From Pelagomonas calceolata (taxonomy: Eukaryota), in assembly GCA_918797485.1 (NCBI GenBank), contig CAKKNE010000006.1:682001-746000 (forward strand): a stretch of DNA of 64,000 nt. The letters are read 5' to 3'. Both the position numbers and the translations under genes were made by a program. Position 1 is the stretch's first letter. Each line of letters begins with the position of its first letter. Below are positions 34,666 through 45,504 of this stretch, piece after piece. The notes below the pieces were generated by a model. That model was not told where the DNA came from, did not search any database, and saw only the letters and a program-made list of their open reading frames with translations.

Positions 34666-37600
34666 CTAGAAGTAGACCTTCATGACCCGCTCCACCGGCG
34701 TCCGGCAGACGGGACAGGGCCGGCCGCCGTCGTCGTACACAACCGCGCAGGTGTCGCACAGGAGGTGGCCGCACGGCACGAGCGCGCATTCCCGAGTCGT
34801 CCCGAAACAAACTGGACACTCGTCCGCTCTCGGCTGCCTCGACGGCTGCCTCGACGGCGCCGGTGCGGCCGGCATGCTAAACAGCGACGAGCCAAAGGGC
34901 GACGCCTCCGCGGCGAGTTGCGCGGGCGCCGGGTCGCCGCCCATACTGTAGCCAAACGGCGAGGCGTCGGCCGCGCGCGTCGGTGCCGCCGCCGTCGGCG
35001 CCGCGGGGCCGATTGCGTGCGGCGACGGTCCGATGGCGGCGACCGCCGGCGACCGCGCTGGCGCCTCGCAGGGCGCCGCGAGCCCGCCCAGCGACAGCGA
35101 CGGCGCGGCCGGCGCGACCGGCGGGCGGCGCGGCGGAGCATTCACGGCGGCCTTGACAGAGGCTGGCGCTTTTACAGCGGCCGGTGGTTTGACGACCGCG
35201 GCCGGCGCCTTGACCACCGCCGGCACCGGCCGCGCCGGCGCCGGCGGAGCCGGTGGGAGCTCGACGACGACCGGCGCGGCCTTCTTGCCCTTGCGCCGGC
35301 GCCGCGCGGCCGGCGCGGGCGCCGGCGCCTCGGCGGGCGCCGGCTCCGGCGCGTGGCGCGCGAGCCGCAGCAGGTTCGCCTCGCCGTCCGAGTCGCTGTC
35401 CGGCTCGTCGTCGGCGACGACGGCCGGCGCCTCGACAACCACCGGCGCCGCCGCGGCCTTCTTCTTCTTGCGCTTCTGTTTTTTCTTCGATGCCCGGGTG
35501 GCCTTGGCCTCCTCGTCGTCCAACAAGCTCAAAAGCTCGGCCTCGGCGCGCGCCGCGTCCTCGGCGCGCTTCGCATCCACAATGACCGTAGAAACGCCGC
35601 CGCGCCGCGACGCGACGCGCTCGCGGACGTCGCGGGCTTCGTCCCACGCGCCGCGCACCTTCTCGAGGACGCAGACGGGCAGGCCCGACTCCAACGCCGC
35701 GCGCAGCATCCCATCAAAAGTCACGTCGCAGGCCGCGACCTTGCCGAGCTTGCGCAGCTCGCGCGCGTAGACGACGCGCCCGACCGCGTGCGACAGGGGT
35801 TCGTCCTCGTCGTCGTTCGTCGCCAGGGCTTCGAGGATGCGGTAGGCGCACTCGGCGGACGCCGGCCGCTGTTCCCTGAGTAGGGCATACAACGCGTCCA
35901 CACTTTTCGGTTCGGCCAGGTTCCGGAGCCATCCTTTGGCGCCTTCATAGGTACAAGGGAGCGGATCGTGGTCTGGGCAGGGCGGCCGCTCCTCCGGCCA
36001 GGACCGTAATTGCGCGTAGCAGATGATGCTGACCACATCCCTTACTTCGACGGGGTACGGCTTTGTTGTTTCGCCGTCGATCTGAGCACAGACAGCGGCC
36101 CAGTCGAGCCAGTCTTTCGGTACTTCGAAGGGGTCCCGGCTTTTCAGGAGCTGGATGAGCATGGGGGACTTGCGCGGGTCGATGCGAGGGACTTGGAGCA
36201 AGGGTGGTCCCACACAGGCCCGCCACGACAATCTTAACAACACGTCAATCGAACTGTAGACGGTAAACCTCGAAGCAGTAGACGACGAGGCCTTGACGAG
36301 AGAAGCGTTGCAGAGCAAGGACCAGGCGTGCCAGAGCTCCAGCGGCCCCTCCTGAGGAGGGGGATACACCTCGGCCAACGCTGCAATACCAGCGATGAGC
36401 GTGCTACAACGACGTTCATCGGACGAAGACCGTTCCAAAAACGCCGTGACATCTAGCAAATACGACGTACTGTTCAGGTCGTTGCGGTCGACGTCTGGCA
36501 AAGTGAACTGCACAAATGAAAGCATTTGAGCTAAAGCATCCACGAAAACGGACCACGAAACAGCATCGTGCGTCGTGAGTAACTGTAGAGCCGGAAACAG
36601 TCCCGAATGTGCTACGGCTCTGGCGAAGTGGTTGACGCGCTTGTTTTGGTCGTGCAAGGCCTCTGCCGCATCACCTAGCGTGTCGACGAAGCGCCGTCCC
36701 AACGCATCCACATTCTTGGGCGACGCCAGCGTCACGAGGTTGGCCAGGATGCGCGCGGGCTTGGGCACGACGCCGTCGTCCGCAATCGCTCGTTCCGTGA
36801 CGCTCGCGAAGCATTTCGCTGTTGCGGCGTCGACATCTGGTAAGGACGCTCTAGCGATTTCCGCGGCGGCCCGTCCCGCCGCGTCGACGTTCAGAGACGC
36901 AAAGGCCTGCAACGCGCGGCCGGCCGCGGTTATTGCCGCTTGCGCGGCGGCGTGCTTGCCGTCTTTCGCTGCGAGGCCTATGCTCAGGGCCAGAGCTCGC
37001 GGCGCGCCGGCCCTCCGAGCCTCCGCGACGCCCGTGAAGTTCGCACCTTCGAAGAGCACGCGCAGCGCGACGGCGGCGCCCGCGCGCGCCGACCTTGCTT
37101 TCACGGGCCCGAAGCCCCGTGTCCGCGTCAGCGGCTCGTCCTCGTCGTCCGACGACTCGCCGGGGTCCTCGGCGTCCAACAACAACGCCTTCGACAGGAA
37201 CAGTAGTAAACTCTCGAGGCCCTTCCCGGTCGGACCCTGTAAACCACCAGTGACCGCGGCCCTCACGACAGCCCCCGACAGACCGGCCAAGGCCTCGGCG
37301 CACCAGACGCCCCCGGGGCGCCCGTACTCGGACGCCAGCCGGAAGGTGCAGGTCCGGCCCGGGTCCGTCGGTAATAAAGCCTCAGCAAAGTCCGCCCAGA
37401 GCCGACTCCAGGGCGCGTCGTCTTCTGTTTGACTCAGTAACGCACCTAGGGACGCCGTGGCCTCGCCGGCGGCGGCGTGGGCTCTAGAAGCTATTTCTGT
37501 GTCGGTGTCCGTCCGCAGCGTCGCCTTGAAGAGCGCCCAGAGGAAAGCCGCGGCGTTCGCTCTACAACAGGTGCAGGCCTCGCCGAAGACCGCGGTTGCC

Positions 37601-38238
37601 GCCTTGGCTAGGCGCGGTACTAAACACTGGGCGGCCCGTCGCAGTGCGGGGTCTTTGCTTGCGAGTGACGCTCTTGCAAAAAATAAATGAGGTCCTTTGT
37701 GGATCGAGGGGTTGCCCAGGGCCTTCTCGAACATCAATGTGGAACCATAGAGCCGGGCGACGCCCCAGGCCGACAGGCCGGGTCCGAACGCGGTTCGCGC
37801 GCCTTTGCACGTTGTCGAGGCCGCAGCTACCGATCGAACAGCTAGACCTTCGCTCCCGCCATTTATATGCCTAAACCTTGCTTTCTCCTCCCTCGTAAAG
37901 GTGGCCTGGTCGCCATTAGGATCCACACCCAACAAGTCCTTCAGAGTGAGGCTCGCGTCGCCTCGGACCAACGATTCCCCCAAATGCCGCACGCGCCGAT
38001 CCGACGTGCGGATGTGCACGCCCAGATATTCCAAGAGCAAGGTGCCGGCGTCTGAGACGGCCTGGAGCCGCTCAAGCTGGCGCTGGCACGACGCGATTTG
38101 ATTGAGCAGCTGTTGCTTCGTCGCCTCCTGCGTCTCGACGATCTGCGAGAGATCCTTGACGAGGTCGTCGTCGGTGACGGCGTCGAGCGTGATATCCAAC
38201 TCGGGCCCGGCGCCGCCGTCGCTGGCCGCCTGGCCCAT
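34666..38238 (-). CDS. Large helical protein with C-terminal RING-HC finger (probable E3 ligase)
   Basis: 1190-aa ORF; CPVC...LVPCGHLLCDTCA...CPVCR; KKKQKRKKKK linker; MGQAAS N-terminus. Confidence 0.8.
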   Translation of the reverse strand: MGQAASDGGAGPELDITLDAVTDDDLVKDLSQIVETQEATKQQLLNQIASCQRQLERLQAVSDAGTLLLEYLGVHIRTSDRRVRHLGESLVRGDASLTLKDLLGVDPNGDQATFTREEKARFRHINGGSEGLAVRSVAAASTTCKGARTAFGPGLSAWGVARLYGSTLMFEKALGNPSIHKGPHLFFARASLASKDPALRRAAQCLVPRLAKAATAVFGEACTCCRANAAAFLWALFKATLRTDTDTEIASRAHAAAGEATASLGALLSQTEDDAPWSRLWADFAEALLPTDPGRTCTFRLASEYGRPGGVWCAEALAGLSGAVVRAAVTGGLQGPTGKGLESLLLFLSKALLLDAEDPGESSDDEDEPLTRTRGFGPVKARSARAGAAVALRVLFEGANFTGVAEARRAGAPRALALSIGLAAKDGKHAAAQAAITAAGRALQAFASLNVDAAGRAAAEIARASLPDVDAATAKCFASVTERAIADDGVVPKPARILANLVTLASPKNVDALGRRFVDTLGDAAEALHDQNKRVNHFARAVAHSGLFPALQLLTTHDAVSWSVFVDALAQMLSFVQFTLPDVDRNDLNSTSYLLDVTAFLERSSSDERRCSTLIAGIAALAEVYPPPQEGPLELWHAWSLLCNASLVKASSSTASRFTVYSSIDVLLRLSWRACVGPPLLQVPRIDPRKSPMLIQLLKSRDPFEVPKDWLDWAAVCAQIDGETTKPYPVEVRDVVSIICYAQLRSWPEERPPCPDHDPLPCTYEGAKGWLRNLAEPKSVDALYALLREQRPASAECAYRILEALATNDDEDEPLSHAVGRVVYARELRKLGKVAACDVTFDGMLRAALESGLPVCVLEKVRGAWDEARDVRERVASRRGGVSTVIVDAKRAEDAARAEAELLSLLDDEEAKATRASKKKQKRKKKKAAAAPVVVEAPAVVADDEPDSDSDGEANLLRLARHAPEPAPAEAPAPAPAARRRRKGKKAAPVVVELPPAPPAPARPVPAVVKAPAAVVKPPAAVKAPASVKAAVNAPPRRPPVAPAAPSLSLGGLAAPCEAPARSPAVAAIGPSPHAIGPAAPTAAAPTRAADASPFGYSMGGDPAPAQLAAEASPFGSSLFSMPAAPAPSRQPSRQPRADECPVCFGTTRECALVPCGHLLCDTCAVVYDDGGRPCPVCRTPVERVMKVYF

Positions 38239-38742
38239 GGTTTGTGCTGGGAGCTCCCTGGGGGCAGCTTTCCGCGCGGCGAGCTGCGAGCTGCGGTTGA
38301 CTTGCGAGCCGTCGGCGCGTCGGACAGTTCGTGGGCAGCCGCAGCTGTCGCAGCCGGCCAGCGACCGGAGACGGGATGCGTCGCGTCGTGTTTCGGACGG
38401 GTTGCGAACGCGGGGTTTCGGACGCGTCTGTTTTACGTTTCAAGGCACGATTGGGAACGCCAGGGAGCGGGTGGAGGCCAAAAAGAAAAAGGCGCGCCTC
38501 CTCGTCTTAGTTTAATTTAGCCGAGAGCGAATTGCCAAAAACGGCTAGCACCAGCGTCCAAACGCACCCTGAACGCACAGGCGCCCGGAGCGCACTCGTG
38601 CGTCATTGATCTCGCGCGCGCGGCAATCAACGCGCAGCGAAACGACCGCCCGCGCCCCTCCGCAGCTCAAATACAAGCAGCTGCCGCAGCGCTGCCAGAG
38701 CGCCCGCCCGCCGCGCGCGCACACTACCACCCTACTAGCTGC

Positions 38743-40314
38743 ATGGGCGCCGACGCCGCGACCGTCACGCCGCCGCGCGAGAGCATGGGCGGCGCGAAAG
38801 ATGAGGACCTCGCCGACGGCTTTTCGTTGGGCGAAGTGTTCGGTGGTAGCAAGGCCCATTCGGGCTACACCTATGACGACATCATCGTATTACCAGGAGA
38901 GATCGACTTTGGCGTGGAAAGCGTCACTCTAGAAAGCAAAGTGACGCGAAAGATTTCCCTCCGAACGCCCTTCGTCTCGAGCCCGATGGACACGGTGACC
39001 GAGGCGACCATGGCCATCGGCATGGCCCAGCACGGCGGTCTCGGGATCATCCACTACAACATGCCCATCGAGGACCAGGTGGCCGAAGTGCGAAAGGTGA
39101 AGACCTATAAAAACGGATTCATTAGTGATCCCGTCGTCCTGGCGCCCCACAACACTTTATCGGATTTAGACGCGGTCAAGGAGAAGTACGGCCACTACGG
39201 TATTCCGGTCACGATCGATGGAAGGTTGCACTCGAAGCTCGTCGGCATCGTCACGAAGCGGGACGTCGACTTCCAGGAAGACCGATCGGTGCTAGTCGAT
39301 AGCGTGATGACCAAGGACGTCGTCACGATCCAGGAGCCCGTGACGCTGGCCCAGGCCAATGCGAGACTCGCGGACTGCAAGAAGGGGAAGCTGCCGGTGG
39401 TCAATGCCGATGGTGAATTAGTGTCACTGATCTCGCGTACGGATCTGCGGAAGGCCAGAGATTATCCTCTCTCGACCGTAGCTGCTTCAGGAAGCTTGTT
39501 ATGTGGTGCCGCCGTCGGCACGCGACCGAACGACCGCATCCGACTCGCGGCCCTCGTCGAGGCGGGAGTTGATGTCGTAGTACTGGACTCGTCGCAAGGC
39601 GACTCGTGCTTCCAGAAGGACATGGTCCGGTGGATCAAGTCGACGTATCCCTTGCTCCAGGTCATCGGGGGCAACGTCGTCACGCGTCAACAGGCGAAGC
39701 ATTTGATCGACGCCGGCGTCGACGGTTTGAGGGTGGGCATGGGTGTAGGCTCCATCTGCACGACCCAAGTGGTGTGTGCGTGTGGCCGGCCGCAAGCCTC
39801 AGCTGTGTACGCGGTGGCGTCGTATGCGAACTCTCGTGGTGTTCCTGTGATTGCCGATGGAGGTGTGGGCAACACGGGCCACATCATCAAAGCGCTCATG
39901 TTGGGCGCGTCCTGCGTCATGATGGGCAGCATGCTCGCGGGCACGGACGAGGCGCCCGGCGAGTACTTCTTCCAGGACGGGGTCCGCCTCAAGCGCTACA
40001 GAGGGATGGGCTCGTTGGAAGCGATGTCGCAGGGCAGCGACAAGCGCTACTTCGCGTCCCAGGCGAAGGTGAAGGTCGCCCAGGGCGTCTCGGGCACGGT
40101 CCCGGACAAAGGACCGTTGGCTACCTACATCCCCTACCTGCGCCAGGGCATCGCGCACGGCTTCCAGGACATGGGCGTCCGCGATCTCGATGAAATGACT
40201 TCTAGAGCCGCTTCGGGTGCTATTCGGGTCGAATTACGTTCCCCTGCGGCCCAGAAGGAGGGCGGCGTCCACGGGCTCCACAACTACGTGCTCCGCACGC
40301 ACGCCCAGGCCTAG
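38743..40314 (+). CDS. IMPDH: Inosine-5'-monophosphate dehydrogenase
   Basis: [12 protein letters not shown] pair, [16 protein letters not shown] catalytic loop, [19 protein letters not shown]. Confidence 0.98.
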   Translation: MGADAATVTPPRESMGGAKDEDLADGFSLGEVFGGSKAHSGYTYDDIIVLPGEIDFGVESVTLESKVTRKISLRTPFVSSPMDTVTEATMAIGMAQHGGLGIIHYNMPIEDQVAEVRKVKTYKNGFISDPVVLAPHNTLSDLDAVKEKYGHYGIPVTIDGRLHSKLVGIVTKRDVDFQEDRSVLVDSVMTKDVVTIQEPVTLAQANARLADCKKGKLPVVNADGELVSLISRTDLRKARDYPLSTVAASGSLLCGAAVGTRPNDRIRLAALVEAGVDVVVLDSSQGDSCFQKDMVRWIKSTYPLLQVIGGNVVTRQQAKHLIDAGVDGLRVGMGVGSICTTQVVCACGRPQASAVYAVASYANSRGVPVIADGGVGNTGHIIKALMLGASCVMMGSMLAGTDEAPGEYFFQDGVRLKRYRGMGSLEAMSQGSDKRYFASQAKVKVAQGVSGTVPDKGPLATYIPYLRQGIAHGFQDMGVRDLDEMTSRAASGAIRVELRSPAAQKEGGVHGLHNYVLRTHAQA

Positions 40315-40426
40315 AACTACCCCCCCCTTTAACACACTATCCTGTCTTCACTCGCGGTCGCGGCGGTGGCGTTAGATGTCGGCTCCGAGTCATGACGCCG
40401 TCGACGCTAGATTTTGACCGAGCTAC

Positions 40427-41008
40427 TTAGTCGTCATCAGAACTAGAAGACTCCTCCTTCGGTGTAGGCTTCTTCATGAGCGGCTCGTCGTCGGAATCGA
40501 CTTCCGCCTCCTGCTCGGCCAACCGCTCCTTCTTGTACTCCTCGAGCTCGCGCGCGTACCGCGCCCGGTCGCGCGCCGCGAGGTCCTCGAAAGGCTTTTT
40601 TTCGCCTGGTGTGGCCGCCTTCCACATCGCTCCTACCGTTTTTCCGAGGTCGCCGAAGGTTAACGAAGCGTTTTCTCTCTTTAACAAGGTCCGGTGGTGC
40701 TTCGAGAAGTACATATACGCGGACGTGGCGCTTTTCGGCGCTCGGGGGTCCTTGTAGCGCTCCTTCCGTTTCTTCACGGGCTTTGGGCTCGGTGGTACTT
40801 TTGGGGAGTCCTTCTGGAACTTCTTTTGTTCGGCGTAGGTTGCGCTCAGGACGGAGTAGGCTCGGCTCTGGTCCGCGGGTAGGGCCTTCCACCGTCGCGC
40901 GATCTCGGACGAGACCTCGTGCGGTTGCAATTTGGGGGACTCCTTTTCTACTTTATCTCGAACTTCGCAGTAAAACAACATGAAGGGCGTGAGGCGCTCT
41001 TCCGTCAT
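40427..41008 (-). CDS. Two-HMG-box protein
   Basis: TPFMLF...IARRWKAL; KDPRAPKSATSAYMYF...GAMWK...KKPFE..A..DRARY. Confidence 0.92.
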   Translation of the reverse strand: MTEERLTPFMLFYCEVRDKVEKESPKLQPHEVSSEIARRWKALPADQSRAYSVLSATYAEQKKFQKDSPKVPPSPKPVKKRKERYKDPRAPKSATSAYMYFSKHHRTLLKRENASLTFGDLGKTVGAMWKAATPGEKKPFEDLAARDRARYARELEEYKKERLAEQEAEVDSDDEPLMKKPTPKEESSSSDDD

Positions 41009-41204
41009 GGTGTTGCGGCGGCGGCGTTTAGGGGCTGTTTCGCTCTCAGCTCGCGGGTCGCTTTGTGGCGCCTGGCGCGGCCTGTGCAGGGCGCTCGCGG
41101 TCTCAGCTGCTAGATATACTATTGATGATTCAGAGCACGCAATGTGGTGTCCAGAAAGGCGTCAGCGGCCTCGCAGGAGCGCTTTTTGTGCCGGCTCTCA
41201 GACG

Positions 41205-41226
41205 CTAGCGGCATGTAAGACACTAG
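41205..41226. promoter_or_regulatory. Recurrent promoter element
   Basis: CTAGCGGCATGTAAGACACTAG, identical to 47020-47041; between divergent genes. Confidence 0.8.
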
Positions 41227-41393
41227 GAATGGAGGCCGATGAGCTTTGCGACCTCGTAGGCCTCCTCGTAGCTACCGCATTGATCGTCGCTGGCTACGCA
41301 GCGCTTGTCAGCAGACGCGCACTTATCCCGCGTTGGCTGGGAGCGCAAAAGTTTGCACCGCCAGAGACGCCGTCGAGCAGCAGCAGCACCAAG

Positions 41394-42347
41394 ATGAGCG
41401 ACCGCCTCACAACAAGCCAGCGCAAGGCCAAGGAGTGCGCGACGAAGGCCGAGGACCTCTGCGCCGTCGGCGACACGGACGAGGCCACGCGCCTCTACGA
41501 GCGCGCGTGCAAGCTCGACCCGGACAACGCCCGCTACAAGATGGGCCTCGACAGCATGAAGCACCAGAAGGAGTCCATGGGCTACTTCATGGAGCAGCTC
41601 GCCAAGCACAAGGCCAATAGGAAGTACGAGAAGGCGTCGCCCGACGCGTCCCAAGCCGACGTGGCGGACGCCGCCGAGCAGCTCTGTCGCGCGGCGGAAC
41701 GGGGCGAGCTGCCGTCGATCAAGGGGTTGATCGATAGCGGTCAAAGCGTGAACACGTGGAACGAACTGCGGCAGGGGGATTCAGCGTTGCATTACGCGAA
41801 GGATGCCAAAACGGCCCTTTGTTTGTTGGACGCGGGCGCTCATATTGAGGGAGGACGGTACTCGTGGACGCCGCTGATGGCTGCTGTTAGGTTTGGAAGG
41901 CGGGACGTCGTTCGAGTTTTGTTGGATCGAGGCGCGGACGCTTGTCGGACTATACCTAGAAAGGAGCCGGGTGCCGGTAGGAACGTGTTGTTTTGCGCGA
42001 CGAGCGGCTGCCACTTGTCGCCTTCTGAACGAGCTGAAATTGTTTCAGTATTGTTAAAAGCGGGTGCCGATCCCACAGCCTGTGAGACGGAGACGCACTG
42101 GACGCCGCTCCACGACGCGTGCTTGTCCGGCGACGCGGAGGTGGCCCGCTTGCTATTGGATGCCGGTGCCAACGTCAACGCCGCGTCGACTCGATCGTGT
42201 GCGTTTCCGATGAGTCGCGGCTGGGCGACGCCTTGGGACGTCGCGCGCGGCGTGGGCTTCGAGGAGCTGGTCGAAGAGCTCGGTGTGCGCGGGGGAACGG
42301 CGTTCGAGCACTTGCACGCGTACGCGGGGCCCCAGGGTAGGGTGTAA
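41394..42347 (+). CDS. TPR + ankyrin-repeat protein
   Basis: YERACKLDPDN (TPR); GDSALHYA, WTPLMAAV, WTPLHDAC ankyrin repeats. Alternative start at 41229. Confidence 0.85.
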   Translation: MSDRLTTSQRKAKECATKAEDLCAVGDTDEATRLYERACKLDPDNARYKMGLDSMKHQKESMGYFMEQLAKHKANRKYEKASPDASQADVADAAEQLCRAAERGELPSIKGLIDSGQSVNTWNELRQGDSALHYAKDAKTALCLLDAGAHIEGGRYSWTPLMAAVRFGRRDVVRVLLDRGADACRTIPRKEPGAGRNVLFCATSGCHLSPSERAEIVSVLLKAGADPTACETETHWTPLHDACLSGDAEVARLLLDAGANVNAASTRSCAFPMSRGWATPWDVARGVGFEELVEELGVRGGTAFEHLHAYAGPQGRV

Positions 42348-42666
42348 TCTGTGTTGTTGTAATTCACATCACGTCTTCACGTCTTCACGTCGACGGCGTA
42401 CCCGTGCTCTTGGCTCACGCGGTTCCATGTCCGAGTTGCACCGGACCCCTCGGTACCTGACGAAGGGAACTGGGCGCTGGGGGCGACGGGTCTCCCGACT
42501 GGGCTAGTGTCTCTCTCGATGCGGCGATGCAGTGCTTGTGTTTTGTGCGCGTCGCATCACTCACATACGTGTAACCAAACGCCCAGCGCTGGCCGTTGAA
42601 GTCATCTGCACCGAAACTAACTCCTGCAGGCGCTTTACGCCAGTCGACGCGGCCCGCACTCATAAA

Positions 42667-43614
42667 ATGGCAGAGCAACACTTGGACAGCAAACAGGTCC
42701 GCAAGGCCGTCAAAGCCTTGTTGGGACACCGCCAGCAAAAAAACACTCTAGACTTGGATGCTGCTGCGTTTACCCTACAAGTAGGGCTGAAGAAGGCGCC
42801 CGTAGACCCGTCTCCAAAACCGAGGTTGATACCATTACCGCACCGCGTGCGCAATGATGCTGGAGACAGAAGAGGTTGTTTAATTGTCAAGGATGCTGAT
42901 AAACCGTGGCTCAAGGCGTTACTGTTAGATGGGGAAAGGCCTGGCGCGAAAACAACAAGAACAAAATTAGACGGTACGCGAGCCGCGAAGATGGCTCGGA
43001 GAAGCGAATCAACGCGAGAAGCGGGTAGCAACGGCGACGACCTTACGATAGAGGGCATCCACAAGGTGCTCGCTCTCTCAAAGTTGAGGACGTCCTATAA
43101 ACAATTCAAGGACCGGAGAGAACTGCGCGACCGCTTCGACGACTTCTACTGCGATGATAGGGTTGTGCCCATGCTGGGCAAGTTGCTGGGGAAGAGCTTC
43201 TTCGATAGAAAAAGGCAGCCTATCTCTGTTAGGGTTACAAGAGGTCCTGAGTCGTTGCGAGAGCAATTACGGAAGGCCGACTCCTGCGCGCGCTTCGTCC
43301 TCAAGGAGGGCACGTGTGCTGCTTTAGTGTGTGCGACGACGGATTTGAATGAAAAAGAGATTGTCGAGAATGCGGTAGCCGCGTGCGACGGCCTCGTGAG
43401 CTGCGTCCCCAAGAAGTGGCGCAACGTGCAATCGGTCGTGCTGAAACTGCCGGACTCGGCGTCGCTGCCGGTCTTCGCGGGTGAACTTGATCAGCCGAAG
43501 CGGAAGGCTCCTTCCGATGAGCCTCCTAAAAAGAAGAAGGCTCGCGTCGCAGAACCAGTCGTAAAGAAGCCGGGCCGCAAGTCATTGAAAGCGAAGCTTC
43601 GGGACCTGAAATAA
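42667..43614 (+). CDS. RSL1D1: Ribosomal L1 domain-containing protein (RSL1D1/Cic1/Utp30-like)
   Basis: QVRKAVKALL, IPLPH, CLIVKD, FYCDDRVVPMLGKLLGKSFF, KWRNVQSV..K...S.SLP. Confidence 0.88.
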   Translation: MAEQHLDSKQVRKAVKALLGHRQQKNTLDLDAAAFTLQVGLKKAPVDPSPKPRLIPLPHRVRNDAGDRRGCLIVKDADKPWLKALLLDGERPGAKTTRTKLDGTRAAKMARRSESTREAGSNGDDLTIEGIHKVLALSKLRTSYKQFKDRRELRDRFDDFYCDDRVVPMLGKLLGKSFFDRKRQPISVRVTRGPESLREQLRKADSCARFVLKEGTCAALVCATTDLNEKEIVENAVAACDGLVSCVPKKWRNVQSVVLKLPDSASLPVFAGELDQPKRKAPSDEPPKKKKARVAEPVVKKPGRKSLKAKLRDLK

Positions 43615-43620
43615 ACAATA

Positions 43621-44112
43621 CTACTTAGTCTTCTTGCCGCAGTGCGTATCCACAAATGCGGTCAGTTTCGCGTCAGAAGCACCGGTCATCGCGTCCTTTT
43701 TGGCACCGTTGACGAAAATTTGAAATGTGGGCATGGCCTGCACACCACAAGCCTCGGCGACGTCGTCGAGGTCGTCGACGTCGACCTTGACGAAGTCCGC
43801 GCCGTCGTAGGTCGCCGCGAGGCGCTGGAACAAAGGTGCGATCTTCTGGCACGGGCCGCACCACGTCGCCGTGAAGTCCACCACTAAAGGCCGGCCTTCT
43901 TTAGTCTTCGCGACGCGCTCTTCCCAGTCCTCGTCGCTGCTCACGTATGGCACTGTCGGCAGCTGGTCTACCGGTCGCTCGTCGAGGGCAACCTCTATCG
44001 TTGGCGGCGCTCCCGTGAACTTCTCGAAGAGCCACTTCAGGCCCAGGACGATGACGGGCCAGATTGCGTTAATTGGGATGCAGACGCCGCCGAAGCATAT
44101 GGTGCCGCTCAT
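43621..44112 (-). CDS. Thioredoxin with N-terminal hydrophobic/Cys extension
   Basis: VVDFTATWCGPC, FVKVDVD, MPTF; leader ICFGGVCIP... Confidence 0.9.
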   Translation of the reverse strand: MSGTICFGGVCIPINAIWPVIVLGLKWLFEKFTGAPPTIEVALDERPVDQLPTVPYVSSDEDWEERVAKTKEGRPLVVDFTATWCGPCQKIAPLFQRLAATYDGADFVKVDVDDLDDVAEACGVQAMPTFQIFVNGAKKDAMTGASDAKLTAFVDTHCGKKTK

Positions 44113-44249
44113 GGCTGCTGTATATCGGCCGCGCGCGGTTGGGACTGCCTGTAAGCTCTCGAGCGCGTCGATGGCGTGCTTGCGACGAGCTATGCGGCCC
44201 GGTGTGGTCCAGCGCGGCCCTCCGCTCGGGCTCAAATCGCAGCGTCGAA

Positions 44250-44270
44250 CTAGCGTCGCTGACATACTAG
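44250..44270. promoter_or_regulatory. Degenerate copy of the promoter element
   Basis: CTAGCGTCGCTGACATACTAG between divergent ATGs 44112 and 44368. Confidence 0.5.
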
Positions 44271-44367
44271 CTCTACTTGATGCCACGGCAGCCCACGCCG
44301 GCAGCCCACGGCAGCCCCGTGACCAGGCGACTGCGTTGCATAGATCATTCAATTATCCATTACTACC

Positions 44368-45411
44368 ATGAATGCGAGAACATTCGTGCTGGGGAGCATC
44401 GCTTTGGCAGCCCAGGAAGCAGCACATGCGCTCACCACGCCGCCAGCGAGCCGCCTCGGCACTCCCGAACGCGCAGCGCTCGGCGGCGTGGGCGCCGCGT
44501 GGGTCGCACTCGGTGCGCGCACCTTTGACGCCGCGAACGCGCGCGAGGCGGTGGGAGCCTTGGGCGTCGCGACCGCCACGTTCGAGGACAACATCCGCGA
44601 GCCCGCCGCGGGCTTCCTGGAGCTGACGTCGCCGCTCTTCGTGCTGCAGGGCGTGTTATTACTCGCTCTTTCAGCAAACGTGTTTGCGTCGAAGGATGCC
44701 GCCCGCGTCAGCTCGTCGATCGCCCTAGCATCAGCTACGACGCTCCTAGCATTGGCGCTGGCCGTCGTCGCGGGGGCGCCCGTCGAGAACGGTTTTGAAT
44801 TCATCACGGATCCCTTGTTCATCACGGCGGCGGTGGCGCTCAAGGCCGCGGGTTCCACTGAAGAAGACGCTTTCGAGCTCATCCGCGGCGACGTTGTGGA
44901 GCTGGCGACGGACGGCGGTTCCGTAGCACCGGAGGACGGCTACGGAAAAACGCTCGCGACGTTCTACCGAGGGTCCTGCCTTGTTGGTATATTGGTGGGC
45001 GCGTCGTTTATTCTAAGCCCGATCAATCCGATAGGGATATTTGACACGGAGTCGCCGGCGACGCACTTCTTCCGGGCTTTATGTGGCATAAGCATCGCCC
45101 TCGTGCTCGCGCCGGCGCAATCTATACTATGGCGTGCGGCCAAGGCGGGGGAGTTGAGCGCAAATTCATCGCGGGCCCTCAACGCCGCTTTGGGACTGGC
45201 GTCCGGGCTGTTGGTCGTCGACGGCCGGCTCCAGGTCGAGGAGGGCACGCGCCAGTTCGCTCAATTGGATCCCTCGTCGGCGATCGCGAAGGCGGTTGAA
45301 TTGGGGGATGTGGGGCGGTCCGTGACGAACACTGATGCGGCGTTTTCGGTGGGGCTAGTTGTTGCCTTGTTCTACGTGGCGCAGGCGGTCGCGCCGGCGC
45401 GGCGAGTGTAA
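44368..45411 (+). CDS. Uncharacterised multi-pass membrane protein with signal-like leader
   Basis: 347-aa ORF with many hydrophobic segments. Confidence 0.7.
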   Translation: MNARTFVLGSIALAAQEAAHALTTPPASRLGTPERAALGGVGAAWVALGARTFDAANAREAVGALGVATATFEDNIREPAAGFLELTSPLFVLQGVLLLALSANVFASKDAARVSSSIALASATTLLALALAVVAGAPVENGFEFITDPLFITAAVALKAAGSTEEDAFELIRGDVVELATDGGSVAPEDGYGKTLATFYRGSCLVGILVGASFILSPINPIGIFDTESPATHFFRALCGISIALVLAPAQSILWRAAKAGELSANSSRALNAALGLASGLLVVDGRLQVEEGTRQFAQLDPSSAIAKAVELGDVGRSVTNTDAAFSVGLVVALFYVAQAVAPARRV

Positions 45412-45504
45412 GAGTGTGTTTTACTAGTAGTAGTTCTAGGCGGCCTCCTCTCAGTCGGCGACTCGCGCTCGCACGCCTGTGGTGATGGCGCGGCGGGTGC
45501 AAGA

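Noticed and set aside
42930..43051. Possible in-frame intron in RSL1D1 (low-complexity insert GERPGAK...GDDLT)
   Set aside because: The frame is open throughout, there is no TIR or core motif, and I could not fix convincing boundaries.
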